Of a stretch of 64,000 nucleotides of DNA, positions 12,312 through 22,596 are shown in pieces. Every line of letters begins with the position of its first letter. The first letter of the stretch is position 1. The position numbers and the translations under genes were made by a program. This stretch comes from an uncultured Acidobacteriota bacterium (GTDB lineage Bacteria; Acidobacteriota; Terriglobia; UBA7540), in contig CAWDSK010000001.1 in NCBI GenBank assembly GCA_963804995.1, forward strand, positions 96,001 to 160,000, written 5' to 3'. Below the pieces are notes generated by a model. The model saw nothing but the letters and a program-made list of their open reading frames with translations. It searched no databases and was not told the DNA's origin.

Positions 12312-14048
12312 CTAGTGGCCGGTGGCACGCACGTCCGTAGGTGGATTTGGCCGGGCGAACTCGAAAGCCCCCCGCTCCCACGTTCCATCCGCGCCGCGTG
12401 TCACGCCGAGCAAGTCCAGGTTATAAGGCGAGGAAAGGATTACCCCGTCGTTCAAGTGGGGGTCCACGGTTTCGCTGGAAAGACGAAAGTTTTTGCTCGA
12501 AGTGCTGACGAAGGGGTTTGCCTTTCGAGTCAGGTTGAAGTCATGCCTTCCGGCAAGCACCCCGATAGTGCCAGCGTTGTTAATGACCGTATTATAGTCC
12601 TCTACAATGCCCGGTCCAGCAAAAGTAGATTGGCAAGTTGACCCATATACCAGGTTGTTCTCCGCCACGGCCCCCGTGGAAGATGCGCTTATGAGGGAAA
12701 GCCCAGTGGTTACACAATTGTGCTGGTTGTAGAAGGTATTCCCATAAACTTTGATATTCGTGATGGGATTGTAGCCGTTGTTGTCTGTAATCGTTTGGGA
12801 TACACCGCACTGCGGACTCGCGGCGGTATCCACTGCCCCCGAACCGTCCGAGCAGAAGAAAACGTTGTTGTAGACACGCAGGTCGTTCACCGTGGCATTA
12901 CCAGGCAGGCTCTCGATGTCCCCGGAGCCTTCGATGTCCTCGAAAATGTTGTTGGCGATGATGGACGGGCTGCCACAAGCTGTGCTATAGCATGTGGCTT
13001 GAATGCCGTTTGTATGCTGTGTCGGTGTGCTGTGGTTGCGGGCCATCCAATTTCTTTCACTGTCTGAGTTGCTTGCGTTATTAATTACAAAGGCTCCACC
13101 GGCAACGTCGTGGATATAGTTATCTGTAATAGTGAGGTCTTGAATGGCTTTGTTTCCTCCCGCCTCAATTGCGACGCCTGGAGAATAGTCAAGCGTTGCA
13201 AATCCGGGCGTCGAGCAAGTCTCGTTAGGCGTTCCTGTCTGAGCTATAACGATATTCAAGCCTGAAATAGAATTGATTGTGCAGCCCGGTGCGCCGCAAT
13301 TAAAACCTGAAGGGGTTGTGTTCCAAACATCCAATGGGTCTCCCGATAGCCAATAGTCATTTGCTCGGTCATGCTGCATCACCAGAGTGACGGTTGAACC
13401 CGCACCGTTCCTCGTGCAAGAAACGATGTTGTTACCGTAATTCGGATTGACCCCATTGAACTCGATGTGTTTAATGGTCACGCCAACTACCGTACTTGTT
13501 GGTACCTGGCTGCATCCCGTGGCGACACCAATGATCGTGACTCGATTCGGACTCTGAAGTTGAATGCCGAAACCTGAAGTTGCGGGCGTCCCTGTGAGCG
13601 GCGTCACCCCATCCACAAGATAATTTCCGCCGCAGATTCTCAGCATGGAGCCATCGATATTCTTTAAGTCACTCGCGGTCTGGCTAAAGACGGCTTGTGA
13701 AGTTCCATAACGGGCTTGCCATCCTGCAATGGTCGCTGGATTGGTTGCTCCGCAGTAAGGAGCATTCGTCACTGAGCAGTCTACTGCCTTATAAACGCTT
13801 ACGGTCGAGTTTCCATTGCAGTCTGTATCCCATTCGGGAGCCTGACCAGAGACATCGTAACTGCCACCCGCGATGAAGTAGGAGTTGCCACAAGAAACGC
13901 TCGTTGGCAGACCGGACAGGGCGTTGTTCCAATCGGCCCCCGTCTTGGCACCAGCGCCGCTAGGAGTGATGTAGAAATTCGCTGCGAGGACAGCTTCAGA
14001 AACGGCCAGCGATAAAAGAATTACAAAGAGTCTCGTCAGGTTTTTCAT
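12312..14048 (-). CDS. Secreted right-handed beta-helix (pectin-lyase-fold) protein
   Basis: Signal peptide ending AVLA; Asn-rich repeats (ITDNYIHD, IANNIFED, VYNNVF, VYGNTFYN); C-terminal DLLGVTR..WERGAFEF. Confidence 0.7.
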   Translation of the reverse strand: MKNLTRLFVILLSLAVSEAVLAANFYITPSGAGAKTGADWNNALSGLPTSVSCGNSYFIAGGSYDVSGQAPEWDTDCNGNSTVSVYKAVDCSVTNAPYCGATNPATIAGWQARYGTSQAVFSQTASDLKNIDGSMLRICGGNYLVDGVTPLTGTPATSGFGIQLQSPNRVTIIGVATGCSQVPTSTVVGVTIKHIEFNGVNPNYGNNIVSCTRNGAGSTVTLVMQHDRANDYWLSGDPLDVWNTTPSGFNCGAPGCTINSISGLNIVIAQTGTPNETCSTPGFATLDYSPGVAIEAGGNKAIQDLTITDNYIHDVAGGAFVINNASNSDSERNWMARNHSTPTQHTNGIQATCYSTACGSPSIIANNIFEDIEGSGDIESLPGNATVNDLRVYNNVFFCSDGSGAVDTAASPQCGVSQTITDNNGYNPITNIKVYGNTFYNQHNCVTTGLSLISASSTGAVAENNLVYGSTCQSTFAGPGIVEDYNTVINNAGTIGVLAGRHDFNLTRKANPFVSTSSKNFRLSSETVDPHLNDGVILSSPYNLDLLGVTRGADGTWERGAFEFARPNPPTDVRATGH

Positions 14049-14277
14049 AGTTTATTCCTTCATGTGCAAAACAACCAGCGCCAGGATCGCCGAGAGCGAA
14101 GCGATCCCCTGACTCGCCCCTCCGGGCCACGAGCGGTGCGTGCTTGGTTGGGCCGCAAGTACGGGCATAGCTTAATACAATACAGCGGTCCGTTCAATGG
14201 CCGCGACGGCAGCATCCACGAAGTCGAACCACCCGTGGTGCCTAGCCTGAACGGGCAGGTTCAACCTGGAGCTACGA

Positions 14278-16212
14278 ATGGAAGGTAAAGTCTCGGTCGT
14301 AATCCCAACTTACAATCGCGCAAATCTGGTAATTAACGCCATCGAGAGCGCGCTGGGGCAAACCTTTCGCGACCTCGAAGTGGTCGTCGTCGATGATGGC
14401 TCGACGGACGGGACCGGAGAAATTCTTCGTCATGAATACGGCGAGCGAATTCGATACTTCTACCAGCCGAATCAGGGACAGAGCGCCGCACGGAACAGAG
14501 GGCTCGGGGAGGCGCGGGGCGAATGGGTTGCCTTTCTCGACTCAGATGACGTTTGGCTCCCCGAGAAGCTCCAGTACCAGCTTCAGGCTCTCGAACTCTT
14601 CCGGGGAAGATGTGAGGCCTGCTTTACCGACGTAGATTTTGCGGGCAGCTCGGAGCTCACCTCGACGGTGTTTCATCTGCGCGGCGAAGAGGGCAGGGAT
14701 CTCATGGGAATGGTTGCCGACCCCGTCCGGCTGATGCTGGACCGCCAGCGGATGCCGCCCGTGTGGCTGCCCTCGGTCGTGGTTCGGCGGGACCTGGCCA
14801 GAAGAGTGGGCGGCTTCGATCCGAAGATTCGCGGTGTTGGGGAGGATGAGGAATTTCTATTCCGTCTGGCTCGCGAAACCGGCTTTTGCTTTGTCAATAA
14901 GCCGCTCCTTGTCGCGGATCGATCACCCGTTGCCCAAAGGCACGCCGGTCCCAGCGCCTTGTGGGACCAGGCAGACTTTCAGCTCGCACAAACCCAATAC
15001 CGTTTTGAAAAGCAGCTTCGATTGAGCGAGGGAATGCCGCCGTACGTCCAACGACTGATCCGCAAAGAGCTCGCCTTGCTCCACAGCGCCTGGGCAAACT
15101 GGCATCTCCGCAAGGGCAATACGCCGAGGGCTCGAGAGGCGATGTCCATTTCGCTTGGATACGGGTTTTCGCCCATCCTGGCGGTTAAGCGCATTTTAGT
15201 CTCGGCTGACCCGAAGCTCGCCTTGCGGCTTGTGGCTCTGAACGCGGTGCGAAAGTCGAAGGAAAACCATATCGTGCCGACGAGTTCACCATCTGCGACC
15301 CGAGGGGGCCTGCTGGCTTGGCACGTCCCGGCGTTTGTGAGAAACCTGCTGCCTGCCGCAGCGCTGGACAGGATTCGTCGGGTCAGGGTCGGCCTGTTAA
15401 GCCGGCATTTGCCGCGCCACGCAGAATTCGCCCAGTCTCGGGAGGAGGTGGAAGCGAGCGCCGGCATGTCGGTGATTGTTCCGATCCGCGATGCGCCAGA
15501 AGTTACGCGCCGCTGCTTGGGAAGCCTGGAAAAGTATGCGACCCAAGCCCAGATCGTCCTTGTTGACGATGGATCAGTCCTTCCGGCGACCTTGGCGATG
15601 GTCGCGGAATTTAGTGTCCGCAACGGGTGGGAAGTCGTTCGGCATGAGCAGTCTCACGGGCATAGCCAAGCTTGTGCGGCCGGTGCGCGGCTTGCAGCGC
15701 GGCCGTACCTATGTCTCCTCAACTCCGACACTGTGGTTACGCCCTGGTGCTGGCGAGGTCCCAAGGAGCTGTTCGAAATAGAACCCAATATCGGCGTAGC
15801 GGGGCCATCCACCAGCCTTTCGCCAACTGCCCAGGCACTACCTCTGGCGAACTATTGTCGCCATTACTGGACCGATAGCGAGATTTGGGGGTTCGCAAGC
15901 GTTACGACGGGCAACTGTCCGGAACCTGTCTGGGTGGAGTTGCCTTGGGTTTCAGGCTGTGCCCTTTTCATCCGACGCGGCCTGTGGGAGGAACTGGGGG
16001 GATTTGATCCGCATCTGCCCGACTACGGAAATGAAGTGGAGCTTTGCAAGCGCGTATCCAAGATGGGCTACCGAAGCGTCTGGGTTCGAAACAGTTACAT
16101 CCATCATTTCGGGCAGCAGAGCTACGGGACGTTGCGCGAGCGGAGCATCTTCTCACGAATCCTTGCTGCTAAACGCTATATCGCCCGGAAGCATGGGGCG
16201 GAAGGGAAGTAG
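14278..16212 (+). CDS. Two-domain glycosyltransferase (GT2-GT2 fusion)
   Basis: First domain VSVVIPTYNR, DDGS, FLDSDD; second domain SVIVP, VDDGS, LLNSD, GGFD..YGNEVELC. Confidence 0.88.
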   Translation: MEGKVSVVIPTYNRANLVINAIESALGQTFRDLEVVVVDDGSTDGTGEILRHEYGERIRYFYQPNQGQSAARNRGLGEARGEWVAFLDSDDVWLPEKLQYQLQALELFRGRCEACFTDVDFAGSSELTSTVFHLRGEEGRDLMGMVADPVRLMLDRQRMPPVWLPSVVVRRDLARRVGGFDPKIRGVGEDEEFLFRLARETGFCFVNKPLLVADRSPVAQRHAGPSALWDQADFQLAQTQYRFEKQLRLSEGMPPYVQRLIRKELALLHSAWANWHLRKGNTPRAREAMSISLGYGFSPILAVKRILVSADPKLALRLVALNAVRKSKENHIVPTSSPSATRGGLLAWHVPAFVRNLLPAAALDRIRRVRVGLLSRHLPRHAEFAQSREEVEASAGMSVIVPIRDAPEVTRRCLGSLEKYATQAQIVLVDDGSVLPATLAMVAEFSVRNGWEVVRHEQSHGHSQACAAGARLAARPYLCLLNSDTVVTPWCWRGPKELFEIEPNIGVAGPSTSLSPTAQALPLANYCRHYWTDSEIWGFASVTTGNCPEPVWVELPWVSGCALFIRRGLWEELGGFDPHLPDYGNEVELCKRVSKMGYRSVWVRNSYIHHFGQQSYGTLRERSIFSRILAAKRYIARKHGAEGK

Positions 16213-16408
16213 GCAGAAGGCAGTAAGCAGAAGGCAGTGGGCAGTAGGCAGTAGGCGGAAGGCAGGAAGGGGCGCCCTGGAAATACAGCGCATACGAGTT
16301 TTTCCGCAGCCTCCCAAGCCGGTTGCTACGAACGGTGCCCGCTTTCTGCCCACTGGCACCTGCCCACTGCCCACTGCTCTTCTGCGGGCCGCCTTCAGAC
16401 TGCCAACT
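16212..16408. repeat. Inverted pair of heptamer tandem-repeat tracts
   Basis: (AGGCAGW)-type units at ~16211-16267; complementary (CTGCCCA)-type units at ~16346-16409. Confidence 0.7.
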
Positions 16409-17851
16409 GTGAAAATTATCGAAAACATCGGCTATCGCACCGCGGCTCGATTGTTGACTCTACCCCTTCAGGCAGCCACCAGTGTAGTCCTCGCTCGGTA
16501 TCTTTCCGCACGCGATTACGGGATCGTGGGGTATGCGGTTATTTTTGTGTCTTTTCTCGCGGGATTTAAGGATTTGGGCTTGGGGAGTGCGCTGGTACAA
16601 AGGAAAGAGCTTGACGCCCGAACCGCGAATATCGCGTGGTCGTTGCGGGTAGTACTTGGAGCCGCGGCATTCGGCCTGGCGTTCCTGGCGTCACGACTTG
16701 CGGCAGTTGGTTTCGGAGATCCTGTCGTATCGGTCGTAGTCGTGGTGCTCTCATTGGATTTCCTCATCAGCAGCATCGGTTTTGTTCCAAGTTCTCTCAT
16801 GGTGCGGGGATTGGATTACCGGCGATGGATTCAACCGATGATCGCCGGGGCCTTCGTGCGCGCGGCCGCAGCGTGTTGGCTGGCAGTCATTGGGTTTCGT
16901 TTCTGGAGCATCGTTATAGCCCAACTCGCGTCGTCCATTGCTGAGGCGGTTTACTTTGTATGCCTCGACCACCGGAAACTCCAGTTCCAATGGGATAAGG
17001 CGATCGCTCGGGAGCTCTTAATCTTTGGGGTTCCTCTGTTTTCGTCCGGACTACTGACCTTCGCCCTGTTCAACGCCGATAACTTCATCGTGGGTGTGGT
17101 TTCGGGAGCTGTGGTGCTGGGATACTACGCCCTGGCATTTAATTGGGGTGCGATGGTTTCCACAACTGTGTCGGAGCTTGTTCATTCTGTGCTGTTTCCC
17201 GCGTTCGCGCGCATGCAACATGACCGGGAGCGCTTGCGGCAAGGCTATCTTCGCGTGTTGGAACAGTTAAGCGCACTGGGGGTGCTCGTCTACGTGGGAC
17301 TATTCTGCTGTGCGCGAGAGTTCTTGGTCATCGTGCTGGGACGTGGCGGTGAAAAGTGGTTGCCGGCTTGTCACGCCCTACAGATTTTTTGCGTTTACGG
17401 CGTGGTGCGACTGATGCTCGAGCCTTTGGGCAATGTGCTGGTGGCGCTGGGACGAACACGGCTGTTATTTCGCGCCACGCTCATCGCCGCATGTAGTGAA
17501 ATGGTTCTCTTGTATCCCGCTCTGGTTTGGGGTGGCATTGACGCCGTTGCCGTGGTGGTTACGATTTCCTATGCCGTCCAATGGTTCGTGTATTGGCCGG
17601 CGATTCGCCAAGACTTGAATGTGGGCATCACGGATCTGAGAAGAGTCCTTTTCCCTCCCTGTGCCGCTGGAGTTTGTGCTTGGGCAGCCGGCGCGGCCGT
17701 TCAGTCTGCTCTGCCTTTTGGCATCCCGACCTTTGGGTTAATGGTGGTTACCATCACCGTGGTATTTGTGGTCATCCAAGGCTGGCTCAGTTCCTGGCGT
17801 TGGTTTGGAGAGTGGAGGCAACTTTACTTGGCTCGGACCCGATGTGCGTGA
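16409..17851 (+). CDS. Wzx polysaccharide flippase (PST family)
   Basis: LARYLS..DYGIV, DLGLGSALVQRK, NADNFIVG, LGYYALA, VLFPAFAR; many TM helices; GTG start inferred. Confidence 0.9.
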   Translation: MKIIENIGYRTAARLLTLPLQAATSVVLARYLSARDYGIVGYAVIFVSFLAGFKDLGLGSALVQRKELDARTANIAWSLRVVLGAAAFGLAFLASRLAAVGFGDPVVSVVVVVLSLDFLISSIGFVPSSLMVRGLDYRRWIQPMIAGAFVRAAAACWLAVIGFRFWSIVIAQLASSIAEAVYFVCLDHRKLQFQWDKAIARELLIFGVPLFSSGLLTFALFNADNFIVGVVSGAVVLGYYALAFNWGAMVSTTVSELVHSVLFPAFARMQHDRERLRQGYLRVLEQLSALGVLVYVGLFCCAREFLVIVLGRGGEKWLPACHALQIFCVYGVVRLMLEPLGNVLVALGRTRLLFRATLIAACSEMVLLYPALVWGGIDAVAVVVTISYAVQWFVYWPAIRQDLNVGITDLRRVLFPPCAAGVCAWAAGAAVQSALPFGIPTFGLMVVTITVVFVVIQGWLSSWRWFGEWRQLYLARTRCA

Positions 17852-17935
17852 CCAGACTCCGGCCTCGAAAATGATATGGTCTGGCGATAACCACTCTTGA
17901 GTGGAGTGTCCTTTGCCCAGTTTGGAGTTTTTCGA

Positions 17936-18652
17936 ATGAACATCGGAAGGGCTAGGCCCGCTGACCTTACGGGGAAGTATCCCGAGTATTATCAATGGTC
18001 TCGTGCAGAAGTATTGCCCTTTGTTCCGCGCGAGGTCAGCAAAGTCCTGGAAGTCGGGTGTGGCGAGGGGCGGTTCGGTCTCGCCATCAAGCAGACCAGG
18101 AACGCGGAAGTGTGGGGGATTGAAACCGTCCCCGAAGTCGCTCAGCAAGCCGCGCAGCGGTTGGACAAAGTTCTTTTGGGTGACGTGGAACATGATCACC
18201 TGGAATTGCCGAGCGAATATTTCGACTGCATCATCTTCAACGATGTCCTCGAACACCTGACGTATCCATGGGCGGTACTCAAAATACTGCGTGACGCGCT
18301 TCAAACCTCGGGTTATGTTGTCGCCTCCATTCCCAATATCAGGTATTACCCGATATTGAAAGCGTTGGTTTTGCACAAGGAATGGGATTACACCCGAGAC
18401 GGCACTCTCGACCGTACCCATTTCCGGTTTTTTACTCAGAGGAGCATACCCAAGTTCTTCCAGGACTCCGGTTACGAGCTGGTCAGAATGGAAGGGATCA
18501 ACCCTCTGGAGCTTTCGTGGAAATTAAACCTCGCCTTTAAATTCCTGGGCGGTGCCATAGATGATACGCGCTACCTGCAGTTCGCGTGCGTGGCGCGGAA
18601 ACTCAGGAATACATCAGTGGTACGAGGAGGAAATGCCAACCCCCTCCTTTAG
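17936..18652 (+). CDS. Class I SAM-dependent methyltransferase
   Basis: VLEVGCGEG, FNDVLEHL, SIPN, THFRFFT. Confidence 0.9.
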   Translation: MNIGRARPADLTGKYPEYYQWSRAEVLPFVPREVSKVLEVGCGEGRFGLAIKQTRNAEVWGIETVPEVAQQAAQRLDKVLLGDVEHDHLELPSEYFDCIIFNDVLEHLTYPWAVLKILRDALQTSGYVVASIPNIRYYPILKALVLHKEWDYTRDGTLDRTHFRFFTQRSIPKFFQDSGYELVRMEGINPLELSWKLNLAFKFLGGAIDDTRYLQFACVARKLRNTSVVRGGNANPLL

Positions 18653-19313
18653 TGAGATAGCCCGGTACCGAGGCGAGGCGCCTGAACTCATGACGGTCGT
18701 CGTCACTCACGACATGATCGGGCGACACGGCAAAATCGCCCCAGTGCTTCTCGGCCAACTCGAGCGGGCTGGTGCGCGGGGTGCTTTAAGGGTACTGGAC
18801 GTGGGCGCCTATGACCGGGCTTTCGGGCGGGCCATCGACCGGTGCGGATTGCCCTGCACTTATCACAGCGTGGATGTGGACGGATCAAGGGCCCATGATT
18901 TTCGGGACCTCTCCCAGGTGACGGGTTCCTACGATGTAATCGCCATGTTCGAACTGATCGAGCATTTGCCTTACGAAGACGTGGACAAACTTCTTCATCA
19001 AGCCTGGGCTCTGCTCTCGCCGGAGGGGCGGCTGTTCATTTCCACCCCGCATCCGTTCCACCCCACCCGGTACTTCTCCGACGTCAGCCACAAGCAGCAC
19101 TGGCCGCCAGACGACCTGTACGCTCTCTTACGCCACGTGGGCTTCGCCGGAGAGAATATTCAGGCATTCGGCGTGATCTACTTGCCATCTAATCCCTTGC
19201 GAAGTTGCATCACGCGAATCAGGAATCTGATCTGGCGAATAATTGGTTTGGAAATCTGCGGCGGAATTCTGGCTATTGCGAAGAAGGGACGGTCCGAAAG
19301 GGAAAAGGGATGA
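18633..19313 (+). CDS. Class I SAM-dependent methyltransferase
   Basis: VLDVGA, FELIEHL, LSPEGRLFISTP; RBS GAGGAGG before ATG 18633. Confidence 0.8.
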   Translation: MPTPSFSEIARYRGEAPELMTVVVTHDMIGRHGKIAPVLLGQLERAGARGALRVLDVGAYDRAFGRAIDRCGLPCTYHSVDVDGSRAHDFRDLSQVTGSYDVIAMFELIEHLPYEDVDKLLHQAWALLSPEGRLFISTPHPFHPTRYFSDVSHKQHWPPDDLYALLRHVGFAGENIQAFGVIYLPSNPLRSCITRIRNLIWRIIGLEICGGILAIAKKGRSEREKG

Positions 19314-20134
19314 ATTTCTCGACACCCTCAAGTCCGCCTCAGTCGCCGGCCCACTCATTCTCCGAGTGGACTCTAATCGTCGCTGTAAATCATGAGGAGG
19401 TTCTCCAGGGAACGCTGTTGAAATCGCCCGACATAGACGACCGCTGCCAGCTCGTCCTGAAGCGCGGCTATGCAAGTGCCGGGCAGGCATACGAAGCAGG
19501 GATTGCGGAAGCGAAGAATGAAATTCTGGTATTCGCGCATCAGGACGTTTACCTTCCGCAGGGCTGGCTCAACGGTGTGCGGGGGTGTATGGCGCAATTG
19601 CATCATCGAGATCCGAACTGGGGAGTTCTCGGACCCTCGGGAGTTGCGAACTCAACTGATTTCGTGGGGTATGTGCATTCGACGGGATTACGTCGGACCT
19701 TGGGCGCCCCGTTCGATCGGCCGATTGAATGTCTTACTCTCGATGAAATGCTTCTTATCATGCGTCGGTCATCAGGCCTGATGTTTGATGACCGATTGCC
19801 GGGCTTCCATTTGTATGGAACCGACATCTGCTTGCAGGCTCGCAGGCGAAATGTGAAGAGCTACGTCATTCCGGCTTTTTGCATTCATAACAGCAACGGC
19901 ATCGTCCGTTTGCCGAAGTCATTTTGGCAGGCGTATCTCTACCTGCGCCGCAAGTGGTGGAAGCAACTCCCCATCTCCACCACTTGTACCACGATTACGA
20001 GGTGGTGCGGGCCGTTGGGGTGGTCGGTCCTGCGTGGGACGATCAATGCAATGTTTTTCAGTAACGCTGTCGGAAAGCGGACCGCGGATCCGGAACGTCT
20101 TTCGAAGGACCTGCTCAATGCAACCGGCACATGA
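19310..20134 (+). CDS. GT-A glycosyltransferase-like protein
   Basis: LVFAHQDVYL, LDE, FHLYGTDICL; ATGA overlap with the upstream stop. Confidence 0.8.
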   Translation: MNFSTPSSPPQSPAHSFSEWTLIVAVNHEEVLQGTLLKSPDIDDRCQLVLKRGYASAGQAYEAGIAEAKNEILVFAHQDVYLPQGWLNGVRGCMAQLHHRDPNWGVLGPSGVANSTDFVGYVHSTGLRRTLGAPFDRPIECLTLDEMLLIMRRSSGLMFDDRLPGFHLYGTDICLQARRRNVKSYVIPAFCIHNSNGIVRLPKSFWQAYLYLRRKWWKQLPISTTCTTITRWCGPLGWSVLRGTINAMFFSNAVGKRTADPERLSKDLLNATGT

Positions 20135-20156
20135 AAATTCAAGCCATCAAGGCCGC

Positions 20157-21515
20157 ATGAAGATCTGCCTCTTAGGCGCGGCATTCGACACTGAAAACTT
20201 GGGCGTCAGAGCGCTGGCGGTGGGGACGGTTCGCGCCATCCTGCACTGCTACCCCCAGGCGGAAGTTTTCTTTCTCAACTACGAGAAGTTCAGGACGGTT
20301 TACACCATCAAGTGCCCCGACCGGCAGGTTGCAATTCCGCTGGTCAACATGCGCTTTTCCTGGAGGTTTTGGCTTCGCCACAATATTGCTTTCCTGGTGT
20401 TCCTGACCGTTCTGATGAAGCTGCTTCCCATCCCCGCACTCCGGCGGCGATGGATTGCCGGGAACGACTGCCTGCGCCATCTCGATGGGTCGGACCTGGT
20501 GGTGGCTATTTCCGGCGGGGACAGTTTCAGTGACATCTACGGCCTCGGGCGGCTACTTTATGTATCTCTGCCGCAGATTCTGGCGTTGTGGGCGGGCAAG
20601 CGGCTGATCCTGCTGCCGCAGACGCTCGGGCCCTTCAAGAGCCGCTTTGCGCGGGCGATTGCGAAATACATCATGAAGCGCGCCGAGGTGATCTATTCGA
20701 GGGACTATGCCGGAATCAAGCATGTGGAAAACTGGCTGGGGCTGGACGCTCGCGCGGGCAGGCTGAAATTCTGCTACGACGTGGGCTTCGTAGTGGATTC
20801 CATTCCACCGGCCCGAATCGACCTCGTCGGGCTCCCCTTGGAGCAGATGGAAGCCAAACAGCTTGTGGGGCTGAACGTCAGCGGCCTCCTCGACATGGGA
20901 GGCTATGCCGGGAAAAATATGTTCGGGCTAAAGACGGATTACCGAGCCTTCATTTACACCCTCATCGATTTCCTGATCGAAAAGAAGCAGGCGAATGTCG
21001 TTCTGATCCCCCATGTGTTGGGAATAGGCGGCGAATGCGATTCGCCGGTCTGTGACCGAGTCTTCGAAGAGCTAAGGGACAAATATCCCGACCGGATTGG
21101 AGTGGTGCGAGGACGCTATAACCAGAGCGAAATCAAGTATATCATCGGGTCGTGCGACTTTTTCATCGGGGCCAGGATGCACGCGTGCATCGCTGCACTC
21201 TCGCAGGGCATTCCGGCGGTTGCTATTGCGTATAGCGACAAATTTACCGGGGTCATGCAGACGGTGGAAGTTGAGGGGCTGGTCGTCGATCCCCGCACCA
21301 TGGGAGAGGAGCAGATCCTGAACGCGATCGGGGATGCCTTCGACCGCAGGGCCGCATTGCGCCGACAGCTTGAGGAAACCCTTCCAGGCGTCAAACAAGC
21401 TGTATTAGATCTCTTTAAGGACTTAGTAACTCCTGTAAGCAATTGTCAAGGCTTGCCGGTCACGGCTGGGCAAGAGTGTCAGGGCATCGAGAAGGGAGAG
21501 GGACTGAAAGCATAA
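20157..21515 (+). CDS. Polysaccharide pyruvyl transferase family protein
   Basis: NLG, SGGDSFSDIYG, LPQTLGPF, SRD, GARMHACIAALSQGIP..AYSDK. Confidence 0.9.
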   Translation: MKICLLGAAFDTENLGVRALAVGTVRAILHCYPQAEVFFLNYEKFRTVYTIKCPDRQVAIPLVNMRFSWRFWLRHNIAFLVFLTVLMKLLPIPALRRRWIAGNDCLRHLDGSDLVVAISGGDSFSDIYGLGRLLYVSLPQILALWAGKRLILLPQTLGPFKSRFARAIAKYIMKRAEVIYSRDYAGIKHVENWLGLDARAGRLKFCYDVGFVVDSIPPARIDLVGLPLEQMEAKQLVGLNVSGLLDMGGYAGKNMFGLKTDYRAFIYTLIDFLIEKKQANVVLIPHVLGIGGECDSPVCDRVFEELRDKYPDRIGVVRGRYNQSEIKYIIGSCDFFIGARMHACIAALSQGIPAVAIAYSDKFTGVMQTVEVEGLVVDPRTMGEEQILNAIGDAFDRRAALRRQLEETLPGVKQAVLDLFKDLVTPVSNCQGLPVTAGQECQGIEKGEGLKA

Positions 21516-21526
21516 GGGAGACGTTC

Positions 21527-22573
21527 GTGCCCGTTGATGAATTGAACCCGCTGGCAGACCCTCGATGGGGGGAGTTTCTAGAAAGACATCCGCAGACCTC
21601 GGTATTCCACACGTCGGGGTGGCTGGAGGCGCTGCGGCGGACCTACGATTATGAGCCTTTCGTTGTGACTACCGCGGCTCCCGGCGAAGAGCTGAAGAAC
21701 GGAATCGTGTTTTGCCGTGTCAAGAGCTGGCTGACGGGCAATCGTGTCGTGTCCCTCCCCTTCGCCGATCATTGCCAGCCGCTCGTGGAGAGTCCGGAGA
21801 GCCTTGCAACGTTGATAGCTGCGCTAAGGGAAGAGCAGGCGCGCGCGAAATGGAAATACATCGAGCTAAGACCGCTCACCTCAAATGGCCACTTGGAAGA
21901 CGGGATGTCCTTCGGGAAGAGCGCGAAGTTTCATTTTCACATGCTCGATCTGCGGCCCGATCTGGACTCTCTCTATCGCGGCCTTCACAAAAGCTGTGTG
22001 CGGAGGAAGATCCAACGCGCCGAGCAGGAAAATCTTGCATATGAGGAAGGGCGCTCAGACTCCATTCTTGCGAGCTTCTACCACCTCCTTCTCCTGACGC
22101 GCCGCCGCCATCAGCTTCCGCCGCAGCCGCTGGGATGGTTTCGGAATCTTCTCGACTGCCTGGGTGATCGAGCCAGAATCCACATGGTATCGAAAGATCG
22201 CCAACCTATCGCCAGCATCCTCACATTGTTCCATAAGCAAACTCTTGTCTATAAGTATGGCTGCTCGGATAGCAGGTTCCATAGCTTGGGAGGGATGCCG
22301 CTCCTCTTCTGGAAGGCCATTCAGGAGGGCAAGCGGCTGGGGGCCAGAGAATTCGATCTCGGCCGCTCGGATACTGATAATCCCGGCGTGGCGGCCTTCA
22401 AGGGACATTTGGGCGCCACCTGTTCCACGCTCACTTATTTCAGCTATCCGCCCCGGGTGCCGTCAAGCCCTGCTTCAGGTTGGAAAATGAAGATCGTTAC
22501 TAGTGCGTTTGGCTGGCTGCCCGATACGCTTCTGATTACGGCAGGCAGTCTATTGTATCGACATGTGGGGTAA
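21527..22573 (+). CDS. FemAB-like GNAT protein (exosortase/EPS associated)
   Basis: FHTSGW, SLPFADHC, FDLGRS, FKGHLGA; GTG start inferred. Confidence 0.8.
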   Translation: MPVDELNPLADPRWGEFLERHPQTSVFHTSGWLEALRRTYDYEPFVVTTAAPGEELKNGIVFCRVKSWLTGNRVVSLPFADHCQPLVESPESLATLIAALREEQARAKWKYIELRPLTSNGHLEDGMSFGKSAKFHFHMLDLRPDLDSLYRGLHKSCVRRKIQRAEQENLAYEEGRSDSILASFYHLLLLTRRRHQLPPQPLGWFRNLLDCLGDRARIHMVSKDRQPIASILTLFHKQTLVYKYGCSDSRFHSLGGMPLLFWKAIQEGKRLGAREFDLGRSDTDNPGVAAFKGHLGATCSTLTYFSYPPRVPSSPASGWKMKIVTSAFGWLPDTLLITAGSLLYRHVG

Positions 22574-22596
22574 CAATGCTTCAGGAGGGGAAGAAC

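Noticed and set aside
15959..16408. N-terminal extension of the flippase ORF
   Set aside because: It overlaps the upstream gene and translates the heptamer repeats; GTG 16409 is more plausible.
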